A program made the position numbers and the translations under genes. The notes under the pieces were generated by a model. It was given only the letters and a program-made list of their open reading frames with translations, searched no databases and was not told the DNA's origin. Shown here piece by piece: positions 49,162 to 59,600 of a stretch of DNA of 64,000 nt (position 1 is the first letter of the stretch; each line of letters opens with the position of its first letter). The stretch is from Butyrivibrio sp. CAG:318 (GTDB lineage Bacteria > Bacillota > Clostridia > Lachnospirales > Lachnospiraceae): NCBI GenBank assembly GCA_000431815.1, contig FR889219.1, forward strand, positions 422 to 64,421, read 5' to 3'.

Positions 49162-50583
49162 ATGGGCACTACAACACAGAAGTTGGCACTCGGAAGAATT
49201 AACAGTCTTCTGGATGACAGCAGTTTTGTCGAAATCGGAGCACTTGTAAAGGCAAGAAGCACAGATTTCAACATGACAGACATTGATACTCCGGCAGATG
49301 GTGTTATTACAGGATACGGCACCATTAATGGAAGTCTCGTGTATGTATACAGCCAGGATTCATCGGTTCTCGGAGGATCAGTTGGCGAAATGCATGCTAA
49401 GAAAATAGTTAATATATATGATATGGCACTTAATATGGGTGCACCTGTCATAGGACTTATTGACTGTGCCGGATTAAGATTACAGGAGGCGACAGATGCA
49501 CTTAATGCATTTGGAGAGATTTATCTCAAGCAGACACAGGCATCAGGCGTGATACCGCAGATTACAGCAATCTTTGGTACATGCGGCGGTGGACTTGCAC
49601 TCGTGCCTTCACTTACTGATTTTACATTTATGGAAGAGAAGAACGGTAAGCTCTTTGTCAACAGCCCTAATGCAATTGAAGGCAACAAGACAGAGAATAC
49701 CGCAGCAGCCGATTTTCAGGCTGAGCAGGCCGGAATAGTTGATTTTACAGGAGATGAGACATCTATTCTTGCAGGAATCAGAGACCTTGTATCGGTACTC
49801 CCGGCTAATTATGAAGATGAGAATGTTACAGACTGCACAGACGATCTTAACAGAGTATGTGAGAATCTTGCAGCAGAGGCAGCAGATCCTGCTTACGCAG
49901 CAGCATCAATCGCTGATGATAATGTTTTCATAGAGACCAAGAAGTCATTTGCCAAAGAGATGGTTACGGGATTTATTAAGCTTAACGGTGCAACAGTAGG
50001 CGTTGTTGCCAACAGAACAGCACGTTTTGAAGACGGCGCCGTAGCTGAGGAATTCGATAATGTCCTTACAACGGGCGGAAGCTATAAGGCAGCAGAATTC
50101 GTTAACTTCTGTGATGCATTTGAAATACCGGTGCTCACATTTACCAATGTTAAGGGATTTGCGGCAACAATGGCAGGTGAGCGTACAGTTTCCAAGGCAG
50201 CAGCCAAGCTCACATACGCTTTTGCTTCAGCATCGGTTCCTAAGGTTAATGTTATTATCGGAGAAGCATTCGGAAGTGCTTATGCGGTTATGAACTCGAA
50301 AGCACTCGGTGCGGATGTGACTTATGCATGGCCTCAGGCATCAATCGGAATGATGAATGCAGAGAGTGCAGCTAAGATTATGTATGCTGACAAGCCGGAA
50401 CTTTTAGCAGAGAAGGCAGCAGAGTATGCAGCACTTCAGAATAATGTTGTGTCAGCAGCTCAGAGAGGATATGTTGACAGTATTATAGATCCTGAGCAGA
50501 CACGTAAATACGTTGTTGCAGCTTTCGAGATGCTTTATTCCAAGAAAGCCGGTATTATAGATAAGAAACACGGAACAGTGTAG
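49162..50583 (+). CDS. acyl-CoA carboxyltransferase-family subunit (MmdA/PccB-like, divergent)
   Basis: ADGVITGYGTING, GGSVGEMHAKKI, SGVIPQI, FVNFCDAF, RGYVDSIIDP and KKHG; start ATG 49162 behind GGAGG. Confidence 0.85.
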   Translation: MGTTTQKLALGRINSLLDDSSFVEIGALVKARSTDFNMTDIDTPADGVITGYGTINGSLVYVYSQDSSVLGGSVGEMHAKKIVNIYDMALNMGAPVIGLIDCAGLRLQEATDALNAFGEIYLKQTQASGVIPQITAIFGTCGGGLALVPSLTDFTFMEEKNGKLFVNSPNAIEGNKTENTAAADFQAEQAGIVDFTGDETSILAGIRDLVSVLPANYEDENVTDCTDDLNRVCENLAAEAADPAYAAASIADDNVFIETKKSFAKEMVTGFIKLNGATVGVVANRTARFEDGAVAEEFDNVLTTGGSYKAAEFVNFCDAFEIPVLTFTNVKGFAATMAGERTVSKAAAKLTYAFASASVPKVNVIIGEAFGSAYAVMNSKALGADVTYAWPQASIGMMNAESAAKIMYADKPELLAEKAAEYAALQNNVVSAAQRGYVDSIIDPEQTRKYVVAAFEMLYSKKAGIIDKKHGTV

Positions 50584-50595
50584 TGAGGTGAACCT

Positions 50596-50949
50596 ATGAT
50601 AGTTATGGAATCAATGGGTGAGAAACTCGGAACTGCCGGACTTAATACACTTGTGTGTATCGCCGTTGTTTTCGTGGTTTTGATCTTCATTTCATTTGTA
50701 ATAAGCCTGTTTCGCTTTATACCTAAGGCAGAGGCAGCCATAGCAGCTAAGAAAGCCGCAAAGAAAGAATCCGGAACGGCATCTGCAGAGGCTATAGATA
50801 ATACGATTTCACAGATTGAGGCCAAGGAAGAGAAAGAACTTACAGACGACCTTGAGCTTGTAGCGGTTATTGCGGCAGCAATTGCGGCATCGACCGGAGC
50901 ATCACCGGATGGTTTTGTAGTGAGATCAATCAGAAAAGTTAAGAGATAA
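50596..50949 (+). CDS. Na+-decarboxylase gamma/delta subunit (OadG family)
   Basis: One TM (AVVFVVLIFIS) and DDLELVAVIAAAIAA. Confidence 0.85.
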   Translation: MIVMESMGEKLGTAGLNTLVCIAVVFVVLIFISFVISLFRFIPKAEAAIAAKKAAKKESGTASAEAIDNTISQIEAKEEKELTDDLELVAVIAAAIAASTGASPDGFVVRSIRKVKR

Positions 50950-50973
50950 TAAGCTCAAGGAGGATTTTTAATA

Positions 50974-51345
50974 ATGAAGAATTACACTATTACAGTTAAT
51001 GGTAATGTATATGATGTAACAGTTGAAGAAGGAGCATCAACAGGCGCTCCTGTTGCAGCACCTAAAGCAGCAGCTCCTGCACCTGCAGCAGCACCTAAGG
51101 CAGCAGCTCCTGCTAAGAGCGGCGCAGCAGGCTCAGTTAAAGTTAACGCACCTATGCCGGGCAAGATTCTTGCAGTTAAGGCTAACGTAGGTGATAAAGT
51201 TACCAAGGGCCAGGTTATTTTCGTGCTCGAGGCAATGAAGATGGAGAACGATATTGTAGCTCCTCAGGACGGAACAATCGCAAGCATTGATACTGCAGCA
51301 GGTAATTCCGTAGAGTCAGGTGAGACACTGGCAACACTTAATTAG
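50974..51345 (+). CDS. biotin carboxyl carrier protein
   Basis: Ala/Pro linker, APMPGKI and EAMKMEN. Confidence 0.93.
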   Translation: MKNYTITVNGNVYDVTVEEGASTGAPVAAPKAAAPAPAAAPKAAAPAKSGAAGSVKVNAPMPGKILAVKANVGDKVTKGQVIFVLEAMKMENDIVAPQDGTIASIDTAAGNSVESGETLATLN

Positions 51346-51361
51346 TATTGGAGGTATCAAA

Positions 51362-52513
51362 ATGGTTCTGGATACTTTACAGAATCTGCTGAATCAGACC
51401 GGATTTGCCACCCTTGACTGGGGTAACTACGTTATGATTCTGGTAGCATTAGTATTTATGTATCTGGCAATTGCCAAGGGATTTGAACCTCTGTTACTTG
51501 TTCCAATTTCTTTTGGTATGTTGTTGGTAAATCTTTTTCCGGACATCATGCAGTCAGTCGAAGATGCCAAGGCAGCAGGCAATGCAGCCGGCGGACTTTT
51601 CCATTATTTCTACCTGCTTGATGAATGGAGTATTTTGCCGTCACTCATATTCCTGGGTGTCGGAGCGATGACGGACTTTGGACCGCTTATTGCGAACCCG
51701 AAGAGCTTTCTCCTTGGTGCGGCAGCACAGCTTGGTATTTTCTCGGCATATTTCCTTGCAATCATTCTTGGTTTCAACGGAAAGGCAGCCGCTGCAATAT
51801 CAATCATCGGTGGTGCGGACGGACCTACTTCTATTTTCCTTGCAGGAAAGCTCCAGCAGTCGGAACTTATGGGACCGATTGCGGTTGCGGCGTACTCGTA
51901 CATGTCACTTGTGCCGATCATACAGCCGCCTATTATGAAACTTCTCACAACGAAGAAGGAACGTGCAATCAAGATGGAACAGTTAAGACCTGTATCCAAG
52001 CTTGAGAAGATCCTTTTCCCTATAGTTGTAACAATCGTTGTAGTACTTATTCTTCCTACAACAGCTCCGCTTGTCGGAATGCTTATGCTTGGTAACCTCT
52101 TTAAGGAGTCAGGCGTTGTTAAACAGCTTTCGGAAACAGCTTCAAACGCACTTATGTATATTGTAGTTATCCTGCTCGGAACATCAGTCGGTGCTTCGAC
52201 AAGTGCATCGAACTTCCTCAATGCAGATACACTTAAGATAGTTGTACTTGGACTTGTGGCATTTGCAGTCGGTACTGCAGGCGGTGTTCTGTTTGGTAAG
52301 ATTATGTGTAAAGCTACCAAGGGCAAGGTTAATCCGCTTATCGGATCTGCCGGAGTTTCGGCGGTGCCGATGGCTGCGAGAGTTTCGCAGAAGGTTGGAG
52401 CCGAGACGGATCCGACCAACTTCCTTCTCATGCATGCCATGGGACCTAACGTTGCCGGTGTTATCGGTACAGCAGTAGTTGCCGGAACATTCATGGCAAT
52501 ATTTGGTGTTTAA
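51362..52513 (+). CDS. oadB: Na+-translocating decarboxylase beta subunit
   Basis: FEPLLLVPI, GVGAMTDFGP, IIGGADGPT, AYSYMSLVP and HAMGPNVAGVIG; start ATG 51362 behind GGAGG. Confidence 0.92.
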   Translation: MVLDTLQNLLNQTGFATLDWGNYVMILVALVFMYLAIAKGFEPLLLVPISFGMLLVNLFPDIMQSVEDAKAAGNAAGGLFHYFYLLDEWSILPSLIFLGVGAMTDFGPLIANPKSFLLGAAAQLGIFSAYFLAIILGFNGKAAAAISIIGGADGPTSIFLAGKLQQSELMGPIAVAAYSYMSLVPIIQPPIMKLLTTKKERAIKMEQLRPVSKLEKILFPIVVTIVVVLILPTTAPLVGMLMLGNLFKESGVVKQLSETASNALMYIVVILLGTSVGASTSASNFLNADTLKIVVLGLVAFAVGTAGGVLFGKIMCKATKGKVNPLIGSAGVSAVPMAARVSQKVGAETDPTNFLLMHAMGPNVAGVIGTAVVAGTFMAIFGV

Positions 52514-52528
52514 TATTAGATAATGGAC

Positions 52529-52547
52529 CCGCAGGGATTCCCTGCGG
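52529..52547. other. perfect GC-rich palindrome/stem-loop before the oadA RBS
   Basis: CCGCAGGGA-T-TCCCTGCGG. Confidence 0.6.
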
Positions 52548-52564
52548 AGAAAAGGAGATAAACA

Positions 52565-53977
52565 ATGGCAGATACAGTTAAAAAACCGCTTAAAATAACG
52601 GAAACTATATTGAGAGATGCCCATCAGTCACTTATCGCCACAAGAATGACGACAGAGCAGATGCTTCCGATAATTGACAAGATGGATAAAGTCGGATATA
52701 ACGCAGTTGAATGCTGGGGTGGTGCTACATTCGATGCCTGCTTAAGATTCCTTAAGGAGGATCCGTGGGACAGACTCCGTAAGTTAAGAGACGGATTCAA
52801 AAATACCAAGCTTCAGATGCTTTTCAGAGGACAGAATATCCTCGGATACCGTCCGTATGCAGATGATGTTGTAGAATATTTTGTACAGAAGTCAATCGCT
52901 AACGGAATTGATATCATCCGTATTTTTGACTGCCTCAATGATATCCGTAACCTTGAGACAGCAGTTAAAGCAGCCAACAAGGAAAAAGGACATGCACAGG
53001 TAGCTCTTTCATATACACTTGGTGATGCATATACTCTTGAATATTGGGAGAATATGGCAAGACAGGTTGAGGAGATGGGTGCTGATTCCCTTTGCATTAA
53101 GGATATGGCAGGACTTCTCGTTCCTAACGAGGCAACCAAGCTTGTTAAGGCTCTTAAGGCAGGAACAAAGCTTCCTATCGAACTTCATACACATTACACA
53201 TCAGGTGTTGCTTCGATGACATATATGAAGGCAGTAGAAGCAGGCTGCGATATTATTGATACAGCAATGTCACCTCTTTCAATGGGTACAAGCCAGCCGG
53301 CAACAGAAGTTATGGTTAAGGCTTTTGAAGGAACAGAATATGACACAGGACTTGATCAGAAACTTCTTGCAGAAATTGCTGATTATTTCAGACCGTTAAG
53401 GGAAGAATGGATAAAGAGCGGACGTCTTGATCCGAAGGTAATGGGCGTTAATATCAAGACTCTTCTCTATCAGGTACCGGGCGGAATGCTCAGTAACCTC
53501 GTATCACAGCTTAAGGAAATGAAGGCAGAGGACAAGTACGATGCCGTTCTTGAGGAAGTACCAAGAGTTCGTAAGGACTTCGGTGAACCGCCTCTTGTAA
53601 CACCTTCAAGCCAGATTGTCGGAACACAGGCAGTTCTTAACGTTGTTCTCGGCGAGAGATACAAGAGCCTTACCAAGGAATCAAGAGATCTTCTCCTTGG
53701 CAAATATGGTAAGACGGTTAAGCCTTTCAATCCGGAAGTTCAGAAGAAGGCAATCGAACTTACGGGCGAGCAGCCTATAACATGCAGATTTGCTGATACA
53801 CTTGAGCCGGAGCTTGATAAGATTGAAGCAGAGATGAAGCAGTGGAAACAGCAGGATGAGGATGTTCTTTCATATGCACTTTTCCCACAGGTTGCAACAG
53901 ACTTCTTTAAGTACAGAGAGGCCCAGCAGAGTAAAATAGACCCGGCTATGGGCAAGGATGGCGCATATCCGGTGTAG
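52565..53977 (+). CDS. oadA: oxaloacetate decarboxylase alpha / transcarboxylase 5S-like carboxyltransferase (no biotin domain)
   Basis: LRDAHQSL, WGGATFD, IKDMAG, HTH, QVPGGMLSNL and PPLVTPSSQIVG. Confidence 0.9.
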   Translation: MADTVKKPLKITETILRDAHQSLIATRMTTEQMLPIIDKMDKVGYNAVECWGGATFDACLRFLKEDPWDRLRKLRDGFKNTKLQMLFRGQNILGYRPYADDVVEYFVQKSIANGIDIIRIFDCLNDIRNLETAVKAANKEKGHAQVALSYTLGDAYTLEYWENMARQVEEMGADSLCIKDMAGLLVPNEATKLVKALKAGTKLPIELHTHYTSGVASMTYMKAVEAGCDIIDTAMSPLSMGTSQPATEVMVKAFEGTEYDTGLDQKLLAEIADYFRPLREEWIKSGRLDPKVMGVNIKTLLYQVPGGMLSNLVSQLKEMKAEDKYDAVLEEVPRVRKDFGEPPLVTPSSQIVGTQAVLNVVLGERYKSLTKESRDLLLGKYGKTVKPFNPEVQKKAIELTGEQPITCRFADTLEPELDKIEAEMKQWKQQDEDVLSYALFPQVATDFFKYREAQQSKIDPAMGKDGAYPV

Positions 53978-53989
53978 AAGGAGCGCACT

Positions 53990-54292
53990 ATGGCAGTTAA
54001 AGATTTAAATTCACAGAATTTTGATGAAGCAATCGCTAATGGTAAATCACTCGTAGATTTCTATGCAGACTGGTGTAATCCATGCAAGATGCTTGCACCG
54101 GCTGTTGAGACTGCATCGGAGAAACATACCGATGTGAACTTCTACAGGCTCAACATTGATAATGCAATGGATATCGCAAGAAAATTCCGCGTTATGAGCA
54201 TTCCGACGCTGATCGTGTTTGAGAATGGCGAGGAAGTTAATAAGTCCATCGGACTTATTTCAGGTGATGAACTTGAAGATTTGTTAAGATAA
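53990..54292 (+). CDS. trxA: thioredoxin
   Basis: VDFYADWCNPCK and VMSIPTL. Confidence 0.85.
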   Translation: MAVKDLNSQNFDEAIANGKSLVDFYADWCNPCKMLAPAVETASEKHTDVNFYRLNIDNAMDIARKFRVMSIPTLIVFENGEEVNKSIGLISGDELEDLLR

Positions 54293-54299
54293 TCACAAT

Positions 54300-54372
54300 A
54301 AAGCCACCCGGTAATTTGATATTCCCCTGTCTGCCTGACAGGGAACATATCAGATATCACCGGATGGCTTTT
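54300..54372. terminator. long imperfect hairpin / bidirectional terminator
   Basis: AAAGCCACCCGGT..TTTGATAT.CCCTGTC-tgcct-GACAGGG..ATATCAGA..ACCGGATGGCTTT between convergent genes. Confidence 0.65.
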
Positions 54373-54375
54373 TGA

Positions 54376-55500
54376 TTATAATGGTTTTACATTAATTCCA
54401 TTTACTTCCACATTGTCGGTAAGCTCAACCATAAGATATGTCTTTCCGTCAATTTGTCGGGTCTCTAACAGATCCGTGCGGTCAGGCGAAACCTTGATTA
54501 CCACGTCCGGCGCCTTGACTTCAAATGTACGTGGATTGACTACATTGGATGCCATAAAGCTTGTTCTGCTGCCGGCAGCATCATCATAATTATCACTGAA
54601 AGTTTCTATGTGTTCGCTTTCAACTCCGCTTTGTTCAAGTGCACGTCGTACATCCGATTTATCAAATGCTACAGGATCGGGCTCGTCTTTGTGTTCATCG
54701 ACGTAAGCGGTAAGATTTTCATGAAGGTTCTTCACAGTTTCAAAATTGCATTGTTCGCCGAGCGTCTCTTCAATGATTTCCGAAAAAACATCTTTCTGAC
54801 TCTTGAATGTAAGCGGCGCGACGCATCCGAGCATACCGCCTATAAAATCGGGCTGGATATTTTCGGAATTTTTAGTATAATATAATAGATTATGAATATC
54901 GGTATTGCGGTCGTTAAATGCCGGAAAGAGAAAAGCGTGTTCCGGAGCTTCCACAATCCAGTCACGGATGCGGTTCTCGACCCTTCCGGTCTCTGCGTTG
55001 TAACAAAGCCCTTCTTTGGATAATTTGACCGGACATATGCTGCATAATATGTGTTCGTAAACATAATCCGAAGAATCGTCCATATCAAGCCCATCGGATG
55101 ATTTGCCCGGGACATCATATGATGCATGAATAAGTAATATAAGATAATTTTCGCCATATACATAATTATCGATGACCTTATTGTAGAAAAGCTCAAGCAG
55201 TTCATCATCCATAAGTTTGCAGGCACGGAGTTTCATAAGAAAATCCTGCGTTCCGCCGTCTGCTTCGGTGTCCGTCGGGAAAGCCATATTCAACATGTTC
55301 TTGCCAAGCGTTCCTGACATTGAATGACGGAAAAGCGAAAAATATTTAAAAATCTCTTCTTCCGGGAGCGAAAGAAATGCCTCGCGGAAAGTGGTGACCT
55401 TTGTCTTGTTACCGTCAACATAGCAGCCGCATATACGGGAAATGCAGCATTTATCGTTGGTAAAAAGTTTCTTGATTTCGGATATTTCTTTTTTGTTCAT
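54376..55500 (-). CDS. DUF4317-family protein
   Basis: MNKKEISEIKK..ISRICGCYVD, YDVPGK, FLFPAFNDR and VEVNGI, recalled as DUF4317. Confidence 0.75.
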   Translation of the reverse strand: MNKKEISEIKKLFTNDKCCISRICGCYVDGNKTKVTTFREAFLSLPEEEIFKYFSLFRHSMSGTLGKNMLNMAFPTDTEADGGTQDFLMKLRACKLMDDELLELFYNKVIDNYVYGENYLILLIHASYDVPGKSSDGLDMDDSSDYVYEHILCSICPVKLSKEGLCYNAETGRVENRIRDWIVEAPEHAFLFPAFNDRNTDIHNLLYYTKNSENIQPDFIGGMLGCVAPLTFKSQKDVFSEIIEETLGEQCNFETVKNLHENLTAYVDEHKDEPDPVAFDKSDVRRALEQSGVESEHIETFSDNYDDAAGSRTSFMASNVVNPRTFEVKAPDVVIKVSPDRTDLLETRQIDGKTYLMVELTDNVEVNGINVKPL

Positions 55501-55600
55501 TATAATACAACCTCTTGTAAAAATTTGCTTATAAAATTATAAGCCTAAAAAAGATTTCTGGCAAGACTGACGACTTAAATATTAAATGTTTATAAACTTG

Positions 55601-55656
55601 TTGACAATGATATATGCGCGTTCTATACTATTACATGTAGTAATGAATACTACGTG
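55601..55656 (+). promoter_or_regulatory. sigma-A promoter plus downstream palindromic operator of degV
   Basis: TTGACA-17-TATACT (55601-55629), then CATGTAGTA-atgaa-TACTACGTG (55634-55656). Confidence 0.7.
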
Positions 55657-55673
55657 TTAAGGAGATTGATAAT

Positions 55674-56528
55674 ATGAATGCTTCGAAGGTTGCAATACTT
55701 GTTGATTCCGGATGTGATATCCCGGAAGAGTTCATAGAACAGAACGATATTAAGGTACTCAGACTTAAGGTTATGTATGGGGACACTGTATATTCCGACG
55801 GACTTGAACTGGATCCGATGGAGGTTTACAGACGTTTCCCGAATGAGATTCCTAAGACTTCCACACCGAATATGCAGGAAGTTCTGGATGTTGTTGATGA
55901 GATTAAGTCAGAGGGATATGAGAGTATTATTGCGGTTACGATTTCAAGCGGCTTAAGCGGAACATACAATACTGTGGCAATGACATTTAATAATGTTGAG
56001 GGCATCGATACATATGCTTTTGATTCCAGAAATATATCAATCGGCGCCGGACTTCTGGCGATGTGGGCTGCCAACCGTGCTAATGAAGGCATGAGTTTTA
56101 AGGATATAACAGAAGGACTTGAACGCAAGAAATACGATTCCAAAGTATTCTTTTACATGGATACATTGGATTATCTCCGCAAGGGAGGAAGAATTAATCC
56201 GGCAGTTGCCATTGTAGGTAAGGCATTGAATCTCAAGCCTATAATTTCCTGCAATGAGAAGGGTGTATATTACACCGTGGCGAAGATAAGAGGATCCCAT
56301 AAGGGTCTCAGTAAGCTTACGGAAGTTGCGACGGAATTTGCTAACCGTGGGAAAGCCATGATTGCGCTTATGAATGGAGATGCTAAGGATGTTGCAGCGC
56401 AGGTAAAGTCTTTAATTACTGAACAGGTTCATAACAGCGAGATTGTTGTTGATAAACAAATCACTGCGTCAATGGCAGTGCATACCGGACCGGGTCTTAT
56501 AGGAATCGGGGTCCTGCTTGAGGATTAG
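55674..56528 (+). CDS. DegV/FakB fatty-acid-binding protein
   Basis: DSGCD, PKTSTP, ISSGLSGTY, LDYLRKGGRI and HTGPG. Confidence 0.92.
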   Translation: MNASKVAILVDSGCDIPEEFIEQNDIKVLRLKVMYGDTVYSDGLELDPMEVYRRFPNEIPKTSTPNMQEVLDVVDEIKSEGYESIIAVTISSGLSGTYNTVAMTFNNVEGIDTYAFDSRNISIGAGLLAMWAANRANEGMSFKDITEGLERKKYDSKVFFYMDTLDYLRKGGRINPAVAIVGKALNLKPIISCNEKGVYYTVAKIRGSHKGLSKLTEVATEFANRGKAMIALMNGDAKDVAAQVKSLITEQVHNSEIVVDKQITASMAVHTGPGLIGIGVLLED

Positions 56529-56585
56529 TTTTTTAACCCGGATGGTATTTTTAGGAAACTGATAGCGGATGTAACTTTATTTTTT

Positions 56586-56613
56586 ACGGATATCTTTATG
56601 ATATCCGTTTTTT
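56586..56613 (+). terminator. intrinsic terminator after degV
   Basis: ACGGATATC-tttat-GATATCCGT followed by a T tail. Confidence 0.8.
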
Positions 56614-56626
56614 AAATATAAGAATA

Positions 56627-56655
56627 TTGCGGTAGGTATTTGCAGATGATACAAT
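56627..56655 (+). promoter_or_regulatory. sigma-A promoter of the glutamine kinase-like operon
   Basis: TTGCGG-17-TACAAT with extended TG. Confidence 0.6.
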
Positions 56656-56689
56656 AATAAATAATACGGATGAGCAGGCAAGGAGGATA

Positions 56690-59600
56690 ATGATGAATAA
56701 CAGTTACGGACATCAGATGGTTTCAACCAAAGCAAATACGCTGTATGCACTCAGTAAGGTTATTACCAAATCCAAAATCGAGAAGATGTATATTCTTCCG
56801 GTGGCTGAATATGAGAAAAACAGTGATGATATCATCGATGATATTGCAAAACGGTTTGGTGGGGATATGATTATTGTCAGAAGTTCATCATCCAAGGAGG
56901 ACAGTTTCAAAACCTCAAATGCCGGACATTATGAGAGCGTAATGGGAATAAATTCTGCTGATCCGGAACAGGTACGGAAAGCGATTGCCAAAGTTATGCA
57001 TTCTTATATGCAGGATAGTGAAGATATAGAAAATGAACAGATACTCGTGCAGCGGCAGGCACAGAATGTGCATTACAGCGGCGTTATATTTACGAGGGAT
57101 ATTCAGGAAAACAGACCTTATTATCTGATTAATTATGATGATCAGGGGTCAACGGATTCCGTCACAAGCGGACGCGGCGGCAAGACCTTGTGGATACTCA
57201 AGAATACCGACATAACGGGAGTTGACGCACCGTGGGGTGCATTAATTGCAGCTGTGCAGGAAATAGAGCTTTTTCTTAACGGAATGGCACTTGATATAGA
57301 ATTTGCGGTTAATTACTCTGGTGAAATTATTATTTTCCAGGTAAGACCGCTTGTCGCAAGTTACAAACACGGCAAGGAAATTGATGACAGAGACTTTTTC
57401 GAGCGATGTACTAATATAAGAAATCAATATTTGTCGGATACCAATGTAATTACCGGTACACCGATGATGTTGTCAGATATGGCATTTTGGAATCCGTCTG
57501 AGATAATAGGAACAAATCCAAGGGAACTTGAATATTCGCTTTATGATGAGATAATAACCAGCCATGCATGGAATTACGGAATAGCCGGGCTTGGATATAG
57601 AAAGCTTGACAGAAAACTTATGTACAGGCTCGGCAACAAGCCGTATATATGTCTTGAGTATTCGTTCTACAGCCTGATACCGCAGTCGGTGAACGAAGAC
57701 CTTGCAATAAAGCTCGTAAAATATTATTGCAACAAATTAAAGCATGATTTAACATCACATGATAAGATAGAATTTGAAATAGCATTTACCATATATGATT
57801 TCTGTACCGAAAAGGGAAGTCTGGAATTGCTTGAATCGGGTTTTTCAGAGAATGAGAGAGAGGAATTTCTTAAGGCATTGTATGAGCTTACCGAGAATGC
57901 CTTATATAATCATGAGAAAATTCTCCAAGAAGACCTTATGTCGCTTAAACAGCTTGAGAATGTAAGACGACCGATAGAATATGCACTTTCATGTGACGCG
58001 CTGTCCACAAGTGAAATGCTTAAGGGTGCGCTTGATCTTATTGACGTAATACCGCATTACGGAACCGTGCAGTTTACGAGACAGGCGAGACTTGCCTTCA
58101 TGGCGAGGACATTCTGCCGCACCCTTGTGGAGGCGGGATATTTTACCAATGAAGAGATGGATGGATTTATGAAATCCATTAATACCGTTTCATCAAGATT
58201 TGACAGCGATTTTGAAAAGTTTTCGGACGGCAGGATGTCAAGGGATGAATTTAACAGCAAATACGGGCATCTGAGAAGTGGTACATATGATATCAGAACG
58301 GACAGATATGACAGGATGAGCTTCAGACCGGCTTCGGGCAGAAAAAGGACTGCATCGGCATCGGGAAATGTTGATCTCGATGAGGATAAGCTTAAGAAAG
58401 CACTTGCTGATATCGGATTCAGGATTACACCGGCAGACTTTCAGGCATTTTTGCGCAGTGCCATAGAACAGAGAGAGTATTTTAAATTTGAATTTACCAA
58501 AGCATTAAGCCTTGTGCTGGAATTGCTGATAAGCGTTGGCGAGGATCTTGACATAAAGAGACGTGAATTGTCATGGATGAATGTTGATGATATGAGAAAA
58601 TGCGTCGCAATCGGCAACACCGAAGAGTATAAGCACGTTCTCGAGAACATATTTGAACGCCGTAAGAGTGAGTATATTCTTAACCGCATGATAATACTTC
58701 CGGAAGTCATCACCCGCGATTCCGATATTGGTATAGTACCCGTTTCGGAGGCAAGGCCGAACTTTATAACTTCCAAGCATGTTGAGGGAGAACTTATCGT
58801 GCTGGAGGATGAGCCGGGAGCTGATCTTGCCGATAAAATAGTGGCGATTCCCAAAGCAGATCCGGGGTATGAATGGATTTTTACCAAGGGAATAAAAGGA
58901 TTCATAACGCAGTACGGCGGCGTGGCGTCCCATATGGCTATAAGATGCGCGGAGTTTGAAATACCGGCGGCCATCGGATGCGGCGAGAAAATATATAATT
59001 ATGTGACAGGAATGAGTTATATAGATCTTGACTGCCGTAACGGAAGAATAGAAGAAGGACTTCAGTATAAGAATCTCCGTGCATTGATAACACAGCGTGA
59101 AGGCGTAAACCAGTATGGCGATCCGACTGATGTTCTTGAAGCTGCATATATAAGATTTTACGAACTTCTGGGATTTATCCCGGTTCCAGTGTCAAATCAT
59201 ACCAAAAATTATGAGAAACTTTTTGACGAGAGAGTGGATTTACTGATTGTAGTAGGCGGAGGCTCACTGAATCCGAAACATTATGACAGAATGCATAATG
59301 ATGAATTACAGCCGCACAGAGATGCAACGGAAGAGAAAATGATAAGATATTGCACCGCGCACGGCATGCCTATTATAGCAACATGCAGGGGAATGCAATA
59401 TGTGAATGTGCTTTTCGGCGGCAAACTCGCATATCACCCTAAGCTTAAAGTCAAAAGACCGAGAGGAGAGGACCATAAAGTCTATCTTGTGCGTGAAGAC
59501 AGGGAAATTTATGTGAATAATTATCATCAGGACTGCATATTTGAAAAAGACCTGGCACCGTGCCTTACTCCGGTTGCGATAGACCGCGATAACGGCGTGG

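Noticed and set aside
53990..54292. WCNPC instead of WCGPC in thioredoxin
   Set aside because: A minor CxxC variant; not evidence of a new function.
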